From: Nitrospirota bacterium
GTDB lineage: Bacteria > Nitrospirota > UBA9217
DNA length: 64,000 nt
Assembly: GCA_963663225.1 (NCBI GenBank)
Contig: OY760142.1
Location: 320,001-384,000, forward strand
Reading direction: 5' to 3'
The position numbers and the translations under genes are program-made. Below the pieces are notes generated by a model. That model was not told the origin of the DNA, ran no database searches, and saw only the letters and a program-made list of their open reading frames with translations. Shown piece by piece: positions 46,233 to 55,340 of the stretch (the stretch's first letter is position 1; each line of letters starts with the position of its first letter).

Positions 46233-47791
46233 CGTTTTTTCTCCTGCTGAGGTGTCGCGTCGGCATCAGGCTCCGAGGACTTATTCCCTGTCCGTTTTCT
46301 TTTCAGTTTCTTGTACTGGCGGCAGGCAATGACAACGAGAGACACAGCGCATGCCAAAATAAGATTGACGCTTGCAAAAACACCCAGAACATATCTCCAG
46401 TTAACAGTCTGAGGCGGTTTGAGCGTATTTCCATCTGTACTCAGGCCCTGATTCAATCCTCCGGAGGCAGATATCGACTCAATCGCATGAAACTCGCACA
46501 GCTTTTCCCGTTGGAACGTTTTGCTCTCGGCTTTGACTCGAACCCGGTACATGCCTGCCGTTCCTGCAATAAGTTCTCCGAAAAAAATGCCGGTCTTTAC
46601 TCCGTCCTGACCGGACAATTTGCCGGCAGGCAGTTCAACTCTTTTGATCTTGTTGTCAGGCATACGGATTTCTGCATAGAGGGTCACCTGATTCAGAAAT
46701 TCCGGTTCACGAAGAACTGCATCATACTTCTCCAGCCATGCGTTTATACCGTTTTTTTCTCCTACCCCGGTTACATCACGGTCAAAAAGAGCTTTAAGCT
46801 TCAGATCCGTAACAATAAAAATTCTGTTTCCTTCAGTGCTGCTCAGGCTCACTTTCCAGGTGCCGATTTCAGGCGCCGTAATGGTTATCATGTCAAAAGC
46901 TTCCGATTTGTACCAGGAAATGTTTTTATCGTGCAAATCCTGCAAATGGATTTTCCCGTGAGGATCGGTCAGACCGGTCGAAGTTCCGGGTTTTTTTGTA
47001 ACCAGCAGTATTATCTCCTGAATATTTTTATCAACAAAAAAGCTGTCTCCCTGCAAAGGGAGGGAGTCGGGTGATTTTATTTTTTCAAACGTAGAAACAA
47101 AAACAGTGTGCAGGTCCTTATCGCTTCTGACAAGCACGGCGGTTCCCTTCGTCTCCTCAGCTATTTCCTTCAGCAGGCTCATTTCAGTCATTTCTGTAAA
47201 TGCTATGGCATGGATCACAATGCCCGATCGGGCAATTAACGGCAAAAGTTGCTTTAATTCTTTATAAGCGCTTTCATTCTGCGCAGGTGATCCGAGGTCC
47301 AATATGCCGTTTGACAGCAAAATGATGGTCTTCTTCCCTCGGGAAGAGCTTTTCAGACGGTCGTACGCATTTTGGACAGCCTCTGTGATGTTGGTGTTGA
47401 ATTCCTTCGCGGTAATATTATCTATGCCTTTAAATAACTTCTCCCGGTTCTTTGCATCATTCCGGGTCAAGGGAGCAATTTCCCGCGCTGAATCCCCAAA
47501 ACCTACGATGCTTATTGAATCGTTTTCATCGAGAAGCGAAATAAACAGCTTTGCCGCGGGCTTGCGATAGTCATGCGGATCAATCTGCTTCATTTTTCCG
47601 GAACAATCCAGCAGCAGCACCACATCCGCACCGGAATTATCAGCAGAGGCGTTTTTGAGCATGTTCTTTACATCGGACCGTAAATTTGCTTCCGCATTCC
47701 TCTGTTCAGAAACCGCGGGAGTCGCACCGAAAGACTGGGCCGCGAGACATATGCTAAACAGCAACAGGGTGTATATGCGCATTTTTTGCAT
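46229..47791 (-). CDS. Secreted vWA-domain protein with C-terminal membrane anchor
   Basis: Sec signal, DVVLLLDCSG..., TNI..A, IILLSNG, beta-rich domains, C-terminal TM and basic tail. Confidence 0.82.
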   Translation of the reverse strand: MQKMRIYTLLLFSICLAAQSFGATPAVSEQRNAEANLRSDVKNMLKNASADNSGADVVLLLDCSGKMKQIDPHDYRKPAAKLFISLLDENDSISIVGFGDSAREIAPLTRNDAKNREKLFKGIDNITAKEFNTNITEAVQNAYDRLKSSSRGKKTIILLSNGILDLGSPAQNESAYKELKQLLPLIARSGIVIHAIAFTEMTEMSLLKEIAEETKGTAVLVRSDKDLHTVFVSTFEKIKSPDSLPLQGDSFFVDKNIQEIILLVTKKPGTSTGLTDPHGKIHLQDLHDKNISWYKSEAFDMITITAPEIGTWKVSLSSTEGNRIFIVTDLKLKALFDRDVTGVGEKNGINAWLEKYDAVLREPEFLNQVTLYAEIRMPDNKIKRVELPAGKLSGQDGVKTGIFFGELIAGTAGMYRVRVKAESKTFQREKLCEFHAIESISASGGLNQGLSTDGNTLKPPQTVNWRYVLGVFASVNLILACAVSLVVIACRQYKKLKRKRTGNKSSEPDADATPQQEKKR

Positions 47792-47810
47792 GATTAATTC
47801 ACCAGGTATC

Positions 47811-47837
47811 TTATCGGTATGTTTTAGAAAAAATATA
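47811..47837 (-). promoter_or_regulatory. sigma28-like promoter of the vWA operon
   Basis: Minus strand TATA-N15-ACCGATAA, 20 nt before ATG 47791. Confidence 0.45.
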
Positions 47838-47908
47838 CTTTCTTCGTATACTTAATACTTAATTTTTATTGCCGATTCAATATCCTGAAAAATAAAGTTT
47901 TTTTCTGC

Positions 47909-47935
47909 TAAAGATATCAAAGGGATTGACGATAA
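47909..47935 (+). promoter_or_regulatory. sigma28 promoter of the TPR gene
   Basis: TAAA-GATATCAAAGGGATT(15)-GACGATAA, one mismatch from consensus. Confidence 0.65.
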
Positions 47936-48012
47936 GTATTACTAGGAATTGCCACCCGGGTGCTGGATCAGGTTGTTTTAACAGCATATCCGCGAGGTAA
48001 TGAGACAATACC

Positions 48013-49221
48013 ATGTCAAACACGCTATTTGAGCAAATACAAATTAATGCAAACGCGCTTTTCTCTGCGACTGGCGGCACAGAAGCACAATCCTATCTCA
48101 GCTCCCTTTCGCAATCAGCATTGTCAAACGGCACCACGCTCTACCAAAAGGGCAACTATGCCGCAGCTGCCAAGGAATTTCAAAGGGCCATCAGTTTCGA
48201 TCCTTCCAAAGACAACGCCGTCAAAGCGTACAAATTGTTAGCAACGACGTATATCGCTGCTGGAAAAAACGACGATGCGATCAAGGCCTATAAATCATCC
48301 ATAAAAACGGACCCGTCAAATGATGAAACATACGTAAGTCTCGGTAATCTCTACTATAACAAAGGTGATTATACAAATGCGTTGAAACAATACAAAACCG
48401 CGGCGCAAATCAGCCCGACTTCATCTGCAAATACCTACAGCCTTGCCCAGGGCTACCTTGCGGTGGGTGATTACAAAAACGCAGAGACCCAGTTTCAAAA
48501 AGTCATTCGTTTATCTCCTAAAGAATACTCTGGGTATTATGGCTTGGGACAGACGTACAGCAAAGAAGGTAAATCAGAGGCAGCAATCACGCAGTTTCAG
48601 AAAGTCATCAAGCTTAAACCGACTTTTTACAATGCCTATGTAGACCTCGGCTCGGCCTATGCCGATCTGGGCAAAACAGACCTCGCAAACCAGCAATTAG
48701 CTGTATTGAAAAAACAGTCGTCAAGCATGGCTGCCACGCTCAGCGCGTACATCACAAAAGTCAGTAAACCAAAATTTCTTGCGGCCTATTCCACAGGAGG
48801 TTTTCAACCCGGGCTCGGACCCGGCACGGAGGTTTCCAGCCTGGATTCGAATCTTGCGACTCCGAACTCCTCAACGCTGTTCAGCATGAACTTCTTTTTC
48901 AGCAAAGCAATGGATGTCAGTTCGCTCGTGAACCCGCTGAACTGGAGCATCTCCAAAGCGACCTATGGCTCCACGGGCGGTGCGTATAATTGGGGCCTGG
49001 CCTCAAGCACCGATGTCCCCATTTCACCTTTGCCTCTCAGCGTGCAATATGATTCGAAAACATCCATGGTTACGGTCTCCTTTAAAATCACTCAAAATGC
49101 CGACGGCAATGGCACCATTGATCCTTCACACCTGCAATTCAAGTTTCTGGGAAAGGATATTTACGGCAACTCAATGGATACCTCAGCAGACCAGTACAGC
49201 GGCATCTCATTGTTTACCTGA
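48013..49221 (+). CDS. TPR-repeat protein with C-terminal beta-rich (Ig-like) domain, no signal peptide
   Basis: About six TPRs (YVSLGNLYYNKGDYTNALKQYK) then FSKAMD...D.YGNSM; rich in Ser/Thr/Asn, no Cys. Confidence 0.82.
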   Translation: MSNTLFEQIQINANALFSATGGTEAQSYLSSLSQSALSNGTTLYQKGNYAAAAKEFQRAISFDPSKDNAVKAYKLLATTYIAAGKNDDAIKAYKSSIKTDPSNDETYVSLGNLYYNKGDYTNALKQYKTAAQISPTSSANTYSLAQGYLAVGDYKNAETQFQKVIRLSPKEYSGYYGLGQTYSKEGKSEAAITQFQKVIKLKPTFYNAYVDLGSAYADLGKTDLANQQLAVLKKQSSSMAATLSAYITKVSKPKFLAAYSTGGFQPGLGPGTEVSSLDSNLATPNSSTLFSMNFFFSKAMDVSSLVNPLNWSISKATYGSTGGAYNWGLASSTDVPISPLPLSVQYDSKTSMVTVSFKITQNADGNGTIDPSHLQFKFLGKDIYGNSMDTSADQYSGISLFT

Positions 49222-49307
49222 TACGGATTCAACAGGAGCAAGAAATTTTCGCCCGGGAGCATGCACCTAGTAAAATATGCATATATTGACAAAATAAATT
49301 TTTTTTC

Positions 49308-49336
49308 TTGCTTTTTCAAAAAAAAATTAGTATATT
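49308..49336 (+). promoter_or_regulatory. sigma70-like promoter with an A9 run in the spacer
   Basis: TTGCTT-N17-TATATT upstream of the 49468 gene. Confidence 0.4.
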
Positions 49337-49467
49337 GACCACGTTAATTTGCTACACACAGAAAATCATGTGCAGCATTCAGCTGACCTGATGCAACAAA
49401 ATACCGGGTCAGCTGAAAAACTACAGCCTGACGAAACAGAAGAAACTGCATGTGAAAGGTCTTACCC

Positions 49468-49836
49468 ATGGCCAAAATACTGGTGGCGGAAAACAGCAGC
49501 GCCGAACTCAAAGTAATCGTGGATATATTCAAGGAAACAAGCCACGAAATTATCACAGCGGCGGATGGCGATGAAGCCGCACGAAAAGCCCGCACGGAAT
49601 CGGTGGACATCGTGATCCTGGACACGCACCTTCCCCAGAAAAACGGCTTTCAGGTCTGCCGTGAACTCCGCAGCGATAAGCAGATGGGCGATGTCCCCAT
49701 TATTATGGTTTGTTCCGAGGACCAGAAAAGCGACCAGGCTTGGGGGCTGAAACAAGGGGCCTCTGAATATCTGCTGAAGCCATTTACGCCCCTCGACTTG
49801 CTGCTTGCTATCAAGAAATATCTCAAAAAGAGCTAG
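49468..49836 (+). CDS. Single-domain response regulator, PilH-like
   Basis: VILD..LP.KNGFQVCRELR, PIIMV, D..WGLKQGA.EYL.KPF; acidic pocket reads EN rather than DD. Confidence 0.85.
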   Translation: MAKILVAENSSAELKVIVDIFKETSHEIITAADGDEAARKARTESVDIVILDTHLPQKNGFQVCRELRSDKQMGDVPIIMVCSEDQKSDQAWGLKQGASEYLLKPFTPLDLLLAIKKYLKKS

Positions 49837-50016
49837 CGGGGAATTTTACAACTACGGCCCTCTGGATCATTATTGAACTGAACGTTACATCCGGCACAAC
49901 ACATCACAAAACATCACAGAAAACCACCGCCGGCAATGGGACACTCTGGAGTCTTTGTATCTCCAAAAGAACGCTTGTAAAGCTTACAGAGAAAATAAAA
50001 ATTACCTTTTTATATT

Positions 50017-50619
50017 TTGCTGAAAGGAGCGGTTGGATTGGAGATGACATTATCAGAAGTTGTTGCAGACATCAGTCAAAACAAAAAAACCGGAATATTG
50101 TCTATTGCCATCAGGGGTGACGCTAAAAATCTGTTCAAGGTCTTTTTCAAAGAGGGGACAATTTATCACCTTACCTGCGGCAATCAAAAGGATTCTGAAT
50201 GTCTGAATTATTATGACACCTTTGATTTTTCATCCTGTTCTTTTTTGGCCAACGCAAAATCCGATGTGCCCCATGCCGTAGGCCTCCCGGCGACTCCGGA
50301 GATAGTAAAACTGTTTCAAAGCAAAAACATTCCCATTGAAATCATACACCCTGACGGGAAGGCAGCTTCAACCGGCGGGGCTGTTGCCATTGCTCCCGCA
50401 GACTATGAAAGAATCAAGGAAGAATTAAAAGTCGCTCTTATCAAACAAATCGGCCCTGCCGGTGGAAAAATATTAACAAAAATAATCAGCGAAAAATGGC
50501 GGGTTCTGTCCCCGGCAAAGGAAGACCTGCAAAGACTGGTTGCTCTTTTAAAAAATGAAATAGATGATGACGCAAACAAAGATCAATTTACTCAGGATGC
50601 GGAACGCATACTCTCATAG
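50017..50619 (+). CDS. Hypothetical cytoplasmic protein (DUF4388/PATAN-like N-terminus)
   Basis: KKTGILSI...KVFFKEGTIYH motif and a helical C-terminal domain (LIKQIGPAG..IL); start probably 50038-50044. Confidence 0.65.
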   Translation: MLKGAVGLEMTLSEVVADISQNKKTGILSIAIRGDAKNLFKVFFKEGTIYHLTCGNQKDSECLNYYDTFDFSSCSFLANAKSDVPHAVGLPATPEIVKLFQSKNIPIEIIHPDGKAASTGGAVAIAPADYERIKEELKVALIKQIGPAGGKILTKIISEKWRVLSPAKEDLQRLVALLKNEIDDDANKDQFTQDAERILS

Positions 50620-50659
50620 ATAAAACGCATTCTTCCGGAATACATTTAAGGAGGGAATC

Positions 50660-51793
50660 ATGAACTTGAATCTGGGCATAAAATCCAAGACACTTCTGCC
50701 GCTCTTGGCGATCCTGCTGATTGCAATGACCGGTCTGGCAGTCTACAACTATTTTTCGCAGGTTGCTCTGCTAAACAAAGAAGCGGAAGATACTCTCAGG
50801 AGCACTCTCAACTCGACTCAAAATATGATCAATGAACGTTCAAAGCAATATGAACAGATGTCTATTCTGCTGGCGGAAATGCCGATGATCTCTGAAACGT
50901 TTGCCCGGGGTGACAGGAACAGGCTCATTGCCGAGCTGCAACCAGCGTATGAAAACCTCAAAAAGAATTTTCAGCTTAACCGTCTCCATTTTTACAAACC
51001 TACCGCCACTTCGTTTTTAAGACTGCATGATATTGCCAAATTCGGTGACGATGAATCGGCATACCGGCATGCGATTGTATACGTTAATACAAAGCTGGCA
51101 AGCACCCGGGGCGTGGAAATCGGGGCGCGCGGACTGGCCCTGCGAGGCATCCAGCCCGTATACTCCAAAGGCCACCATGTAGGGGCGGTAGAATTCGGCG
51201 GCGAACTCGCCCCGACAATCGACGAAGCAAAAAGTGTTTTCCGAATCGAAGCGGGGCTTCTGCTCTCGAAAGACGCTATGCTCCAGGTCCTTCCGGACTG
51301 GCAACAGCAGGATGCCACACTGGTCGCGAACCACTTGTTTTTCTACTCCACAAACCCTCAACTCACTCAAGGGCTGATAAAACCCGCTCTGTTCAAGACA
51401 AAAGCAAGTGCTGATGGTATGATTACCAATACCGGGTCCCATGCAGGAAGAACGTATTATATAGCCATGGGCCCTCTTGCTGATTTTTCGGGAAAGCAGA
51501 TCGGCTATCTTTATATTTTCAAGGACCAGACGGAACTGCTGGCCAAAATCCGCAGGGTTCTTTTCATCAACATCGCTGTATACTTCTCCATTCTTCTTCT
51601 TATTTCTTTTGCAATTGACTATAGTTTGAAGAAAACCGTCATCAATCCGGTGCTCAATCTCACGAAAGTTGCGGACGAGATATCCATGGGAAAACTGTCG
51701 GAAAAAGTAGAAGTATCTACAAATGACGAAATTTCAACACTGGCGAAAGCCATCGATCGTATGAGAGTCAGTATGAAAAAGTTGCTTGAATAA
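50660..51793 (+). CDS. Membrane sensor: TM-double Cache-TM-HAMP with no output domain
   Basis: SFLRLH...FGDD...R...GVEIG..GLALRG..PV (dCache_3-like); HAMP PVLNLT.VADEISMG.L...DEI..LA.AIDRM then stop; AGGAGG RBS. Confidence 0.85.
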   Translation: MNLNLGIKSKTLLPLLAILLIAMTGLAVYNYFSQVALLNKEAEDTLRSTLNSTQNMINERSKQYEQMSILLAEMPMISETFARGDRNRLIAELQPAYENLKKNFQLNRLHFYKPTATSFLRLHDIAKFGDDESAYRHAIVYVNTKLASTRGVEIGARGLALRGIQPVYSKGHHVGAVEFGGELAPTIDEAKSVFRIEAGLLLSKDAMLQVLPDWQQQDATLVANHLFFYSTNPQLTQGLIKPALFKTKASADGMITNTGSHAGRTYYIAMGPLADFSGKQIGYLYIFKDQTELLAKIRRVLFINIAVYFSILLLISFAIDYSLKKTVINPVLNLTKVADEISMGKLSEKVEVSTNDEISTLAKAIDRMRVSMKKLLE

Positions 51794-51827
51794 CACATTA
51801 CCCGCGCATTTTATACTCGTAACAATA

Positions 51828-51864
51828 AAGCCCCTGGCACACAGTGCCAGGGGCTTATTTTTTT
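51828..51864 (+). terminator. Intrinsic (probably bidirectional) terminator
   Basis: AAGCCCCTGGCAC-ACA-GTGCCAGGGGCTT followed by ATTTTTTT, between convergent genes. Confidence 0.88.
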
Positions 51865-51887
51865 AACCTTAGCCAACGATTGCTATG

Positions 51888-52052
51888 CTATTTCTCGACG
51901 ACGTATTTCTCCGGTCGGGGTAAAACCGCCGCCTTGCTTGCGGATTCGGTCATCCGGGAGAACGACTCATAGCCCAGAAATTCCACTTCTTCTTCCGGCG
52001 GTTTTTTTCGATGAAATAGCAAGTTCATGATAGAACACATAAATTGTTTCAT
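51888..52052 (-). CDS. Small hypothetical protein (54 aa)
   Basis: GGAGG upstream of ATG; MKQFMCSIMNLLFHRKKPPEEEVEFLGYESF...; ends just before the terminator. Confidence 0.45.
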   Translation of the reverse strand: MKQFMCSIMNLLFHRKKPPEEEVEFLGYESFSRMTESASKAAVLPRPEKYVVEK

Positions 52053-52185
52053 ACTGGAGCCCCCTCCGCCAGGAGCCGGAGGCTCCTTCCATAAACGCGA
52101 CTTACTGCATTCTTTCCCCGGCAGGGGCCGGGGATACCATGTCGCAGGGATTAAAACACCTGATTGTAGCCCATCCTTTAAAAAA

Positions 52186-52734
52186 TCATTTGAGCCGGAA
52201 ACTGATAACAATCGGAATACCGTTAAATGACCGGCCCCGGATAGGAGGACCTTCTGTATTCCACCCCTGATAAACCCGCCTGTTGTCTTCAATATTCTGC
52301 CGTTCTGAAGCGAGGACAGAGTCAATAAAAATCTGTTTCCAGGGATCACGTAGCGTATCAGCAATCAAATAAGACAACCCCACCCCGATAATGCCGAACA
52401 GAGCCATGCTGTTTCTGCTCGGTCTTGAACCGAACAGAGGGTTCAGTTCTCGATACTTTTCAGATCCGTAAAACATGGCAACACTTTGCACATAGTCTAT
52501 AACGGCAAAAGATGCCAGAGCGGCCACTTCTTGTTTTACTATTTTTTCTCTCGTTATATCATACCGTTGTGTTGAAAGCTCCTTGAAATTGTTTCTTTCA
52601 ACTGACACAGTATAAGGCAGAACTGTCAATTCTCCTGCCACAGTTCGTTCAGCTGCCGACATAACGCGTGGAGAGGAAAAAACCACTGTCAGCAAAAACA
52701 CTGCTGCTACTCCCGTTTTTCCTAATACTTTCAT
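52186..52734 (-). CDS. Hypothetical exported/membrane protein
   Basis: Signal-like N-terminus, hydrophobic helices around D..QS...ELNPLFG.RPS, C-terminal alternating strand (IVISFRLK). Confidence 0.7.
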   Translation of the reverse strand: MKVLGKTGVAAVFLLTVVFSSPRVMSAAERTVAGELTVLPYTVSVERNNFKELSTQRYDITREKIVKQEVAALASFAVIDYVQSVAMFYGSEKYRELNPLFGSRPSRNSMALFGIIGVGLSYLIADTLRDPWKQIFIDSVLASERQNIEDNRRVYQGWNTEGPPIRGRSFNGIPIVISFRLK

Positions 52735-52812
52735 GGCATTCCTTTATCTGCAGTCAATACAGACCCAGCGCACAACTCGCACAAAGCTTTATTGTATGCC
52801 TGTCAGTTTTAC

Positions 52813-52840
52813 TTGTCGGCATTTCGCAGTCAGTTCTTTA
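52813..52840 (-). promoter_or_regulatory. sigma28-like promoter
   Basis: Minus strand TAAA-N16-GCCGACAA (spacer one base long, one mismatch). Confidence 0.35.
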
Positions 52841-53048
52841 GGTGATTTACACTGATATTTTAAAAGTTACTCTGCAGGAGGAAAAAGGAAAGCAGGACTG
52901 TTATTGCCATGGAGGACAATCAAAAAAGCTATTTAAAAACAGGTGATAAGAAGCGCTCATTTCAATATTTTTTACGTGTATCATTGCCGTACTGCCGCCG
53001 TTTTACAAAATGGCGATTGCAGCGGTACATTGCAGACCAGGGAGATTA

Positions 53049-53687
53049 CTATGGTCTGCCGGAGGCGGTACTTTGCGTTTTGATGACTTCCGCAATTTCA
53101 CGGGAAAATGCTTCTACTGTCCTGCTCATAGCAGCAACCAATTCATTGTACTCCGCGCTCCGGAGCGATTCTGCAGCAACGGATCTGCGGATCAGAATCG
53201 TTCCCTTTCCCGCATCGGTCAATGTCCAGGCAGATTCCAAACAGGCACGCTCACGAGGAGTGGCGTCAAATCTCATCACGTCAACCGTAAGGCGGTATGT
53301 TATTGATGCATTGCCATGCATCCCCGGTGCCCAACGAACAACGGTAAAACGTTCGGACGGCAGCAGAGAAGAAAGATTTTCAATAACAGCGTGAGAAAGA
53401 ATGCTTTCCAAAGAGCCGGCCCAACGATGAAACTCATTTACCGTAAGCTCATTCTGACCCGAACGGGTCACGATCTCCGGTTTATCCAGATAGTCCGGAA
53501 TGAGAACGGGACCGACGGCGACAATGATATCGGCAGAGGCTGAGGCAGTCTGCATCGCCGCCGGCGCTTCTTTCAGAACGTTCAGTGTGTAGAATCGGGA
53601 CGGGGAGGAACTGGCGCATCCGGACAACAGTGCAATAAGAACCATTACAAGGAGCAACGCACATCGATCTGTAAAAATCCGTTTCAT
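53049..53687 (-). CDS. PqiC-family lipoprotein (ABC transporter auxiliary component)
   Basis: LLSGC lipobox, RFYTL, VGPV.IPDYLDKPEIV, HRWAGSL. Confidence 0.88.
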   Translation of the reverse strand: MKRIFTDRCALLLVMVLIALLSGCASSSPSRFYTLNVLKEAPAAMQTASASADIIVAVGPVLIPDYLDKPEIVTRSGQNELTVNEFHRWAGSLESILSHAVIENLSSLLPSERFTVVRWAPGMHGNASITYRLTVDVMRFDATPRERACLESAWTLTDAGKGTILIRRSVAAESLRSAEYNELVAAMSRTVEAFSREIAEVIKTQSTASGRP

Positions 53688-53688
53688 T

Positions 53689-54483
53689 TTATTCTCCCTT
53701 TGCCGATGGTTTGCCTTTGATGATGGATTCGGGATGGCGCTCCAAATAGTCAGCCAGAGAGCGGAGAGAACGGGACATCCGCGAAACATCTTCAAGGGTC
53801 TTGTTCGTCTGGGGACCAAGGCCGTCATACTGCACGAGGATCCTGTCGGCGTTCTTGAGCAAGCGATCCAGCGAATCCATGCTCGCGTGCAGTTTTGGAG
53901 AATTTGCGATTCTTTCAATGCCGTCAAGTGTGGCGTTTAATTTGTCAAGAATTTCCTTCAACGGAAGCGATCCGAGCCGTCTGGTCCAATCCTGCAGGTC
54001 CGTCGGAATCGTCGGAATTTCCGGATAGGCTCCATCCTCTGCGCCTACAAGCCTGATCGGCTTTTCCGGCCAGAAATCAAGATAGACCATAAGCTGACCC
54101 GTCACAAAACTCTGGATTTGAAGCTGGGCCCGCAACCCTTTTTCGATCAGCGGTTGAATGTATTCGTCTCTGCTTTTTGGCAAGGTGCTATTGATCACCT
54201 TGATTGTTGCGGGATCTATTTCTATATAGATGGGAATAAAAACAGACAGGTCCTTCGCATCAAGCTGGAGAGCAATGTCCGTCACCTGCCCGACTTTAAC
54301 CCCTTCGAACATGACGGGGGCGCCTACCTGGAGCCCTTTGACCGATCCTTCGAAAAACAGCACGAATTTAGTCGTGTGCTTGAAAAATCTTCCCGAACCA
54401 AACGCCAGGACAGCCGCAATAACGAGTACGATGGCTATCAAAACAAAAATACCGATGAGCGTTTTATTTGCCTGTTTCCCCAT
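53689..54483 (-). CDS. mlaD: MCE/MlaD-family protein
   Basis: N-terminal TM, SVKGLQVGAPV..EGVKVGQV, GLRAQL, C-terminal ERHPESII.GK. Confidence 0.85.
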   Translation of the reverse strand: MGKQANKTLIGIFVLIAIVLVIAAVLAFGSGRFFKHTTKFVLFFEGSVKGLQVGAPVMFEGVKVGQVTDIALQLDAKDLSVFIPIYIEIDPATIKVINSTLPKSRDEYIQPLIEKGLRAQLQIQSFVTGQLMVYLDFWPEKPIRLVGAEDGAYPEIPTIPTDLQDWTRRLGSLPLKEILDKLNATLDGIERIANSPKLHASMDSLDRLLKNADRILVQYDGLGPQTNKTLEDVSRMSRSLRSLADYLERHPESIIKGKPSAKGE

Positions 54484-54509
54484 TGTTCTTCCCCTCCACC
54501 CTCTCTGTT

Positions 54510-55277
54510 TCACCCTTTCCGCACGCCCGTTCCCCGCGTGAGAAAATTGATCACTTTGGGGTCCTTGGATTCAGTCAGAAGCTGCTTCGGGTTACCCGCT
54601 GCAATCATGGTTTTTGCATCAGCATCAAGCAAAATGGAGTTGTTTCCAACCTCAAAAATGCTGGCTAATTCATGGGTGACAATGACTATCGTTGCACCAA
54701 GACTCTCGCGGAGCTCAAGGATAAGCTTGTCGAGCAGATGCGCATTGATCGGATCAAGTCCTGATGACGGTTCGTCAAAAAACAATATTTCCGGATCCAG
54801 TGCAATCGCGCGCGCAAGACCGGCGCGCTTTCGCATACCGCCGCTGATCTCCGAGGGATACAGCTCCTCGCACCCCTTCAGTCCGACAAGTGAAAGCTTC
54901 AAAGAAACAAGTTCCCTTATTTGCTCCGGGCCCAGGTCCGTGTACAGTTGGAGCGGGAGGGCGATGTTTTCTCCGACCGTCATTGAACTCCAGAGCGCCC
55001 CACTCTGATAGAGAATGCCGAAGGATTTCATGATGCGTTCCTGCTCGTGGTGTTCGGCATCCCAAAAGCTTATGTCACGATACCGGACGGTTCCGTGCGC
55101 GGGACGTTTCAGGCCTATGAGATGCCTCAGCAGTGTGCTTTTTCCGCTGCCGCTTCCTCCCATGATGATAAAGATATCACCCAGATTTACGGTAAAGGTA
55201 AGATCGCTCTGGATCAGGACTTCTCCATACGACAAGGTAAGGTCCTGAACAATAATATGCGGTTCTTTTTTCTCCAT
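54510..55277 (-). CDS. mlaF: MlaF-family ABC ATPase
   Basis: GGSGSGKS, SGGMRKRAGLARAIALDP, DEPSSGLDP, VTHEL. Confidence 0.9.
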   Translation of the reverse strand: MEKKEPHIIVQDLTLSYGEVLIQSDLTFTVNLGDIFIIMGGSGSGKSTLLRHLIGLKRPAHGTVRYRDISFWDAEHHEQERIMKSFGILYQSGALWSSMTVGENIALPLQLYTDLGPEQIRELVSLKLSLVGLKGCEELYPSEISGGMRKRAGLARAIALDPEILFFDEPSSGLDPINAHLLDKLILELRESLGATIVIVTHELASIFEVGNNSILLDADAKTMIAAGNPKQLLTESKDPKVINFLTRGTGVRKG

Positions 55278-55340
55278 CTTTGCTCTCGCTGCCGCCAAAA
55301 ACGACCAGGGAACGTTTTTAAAAACGAAATTATGCTTGGA

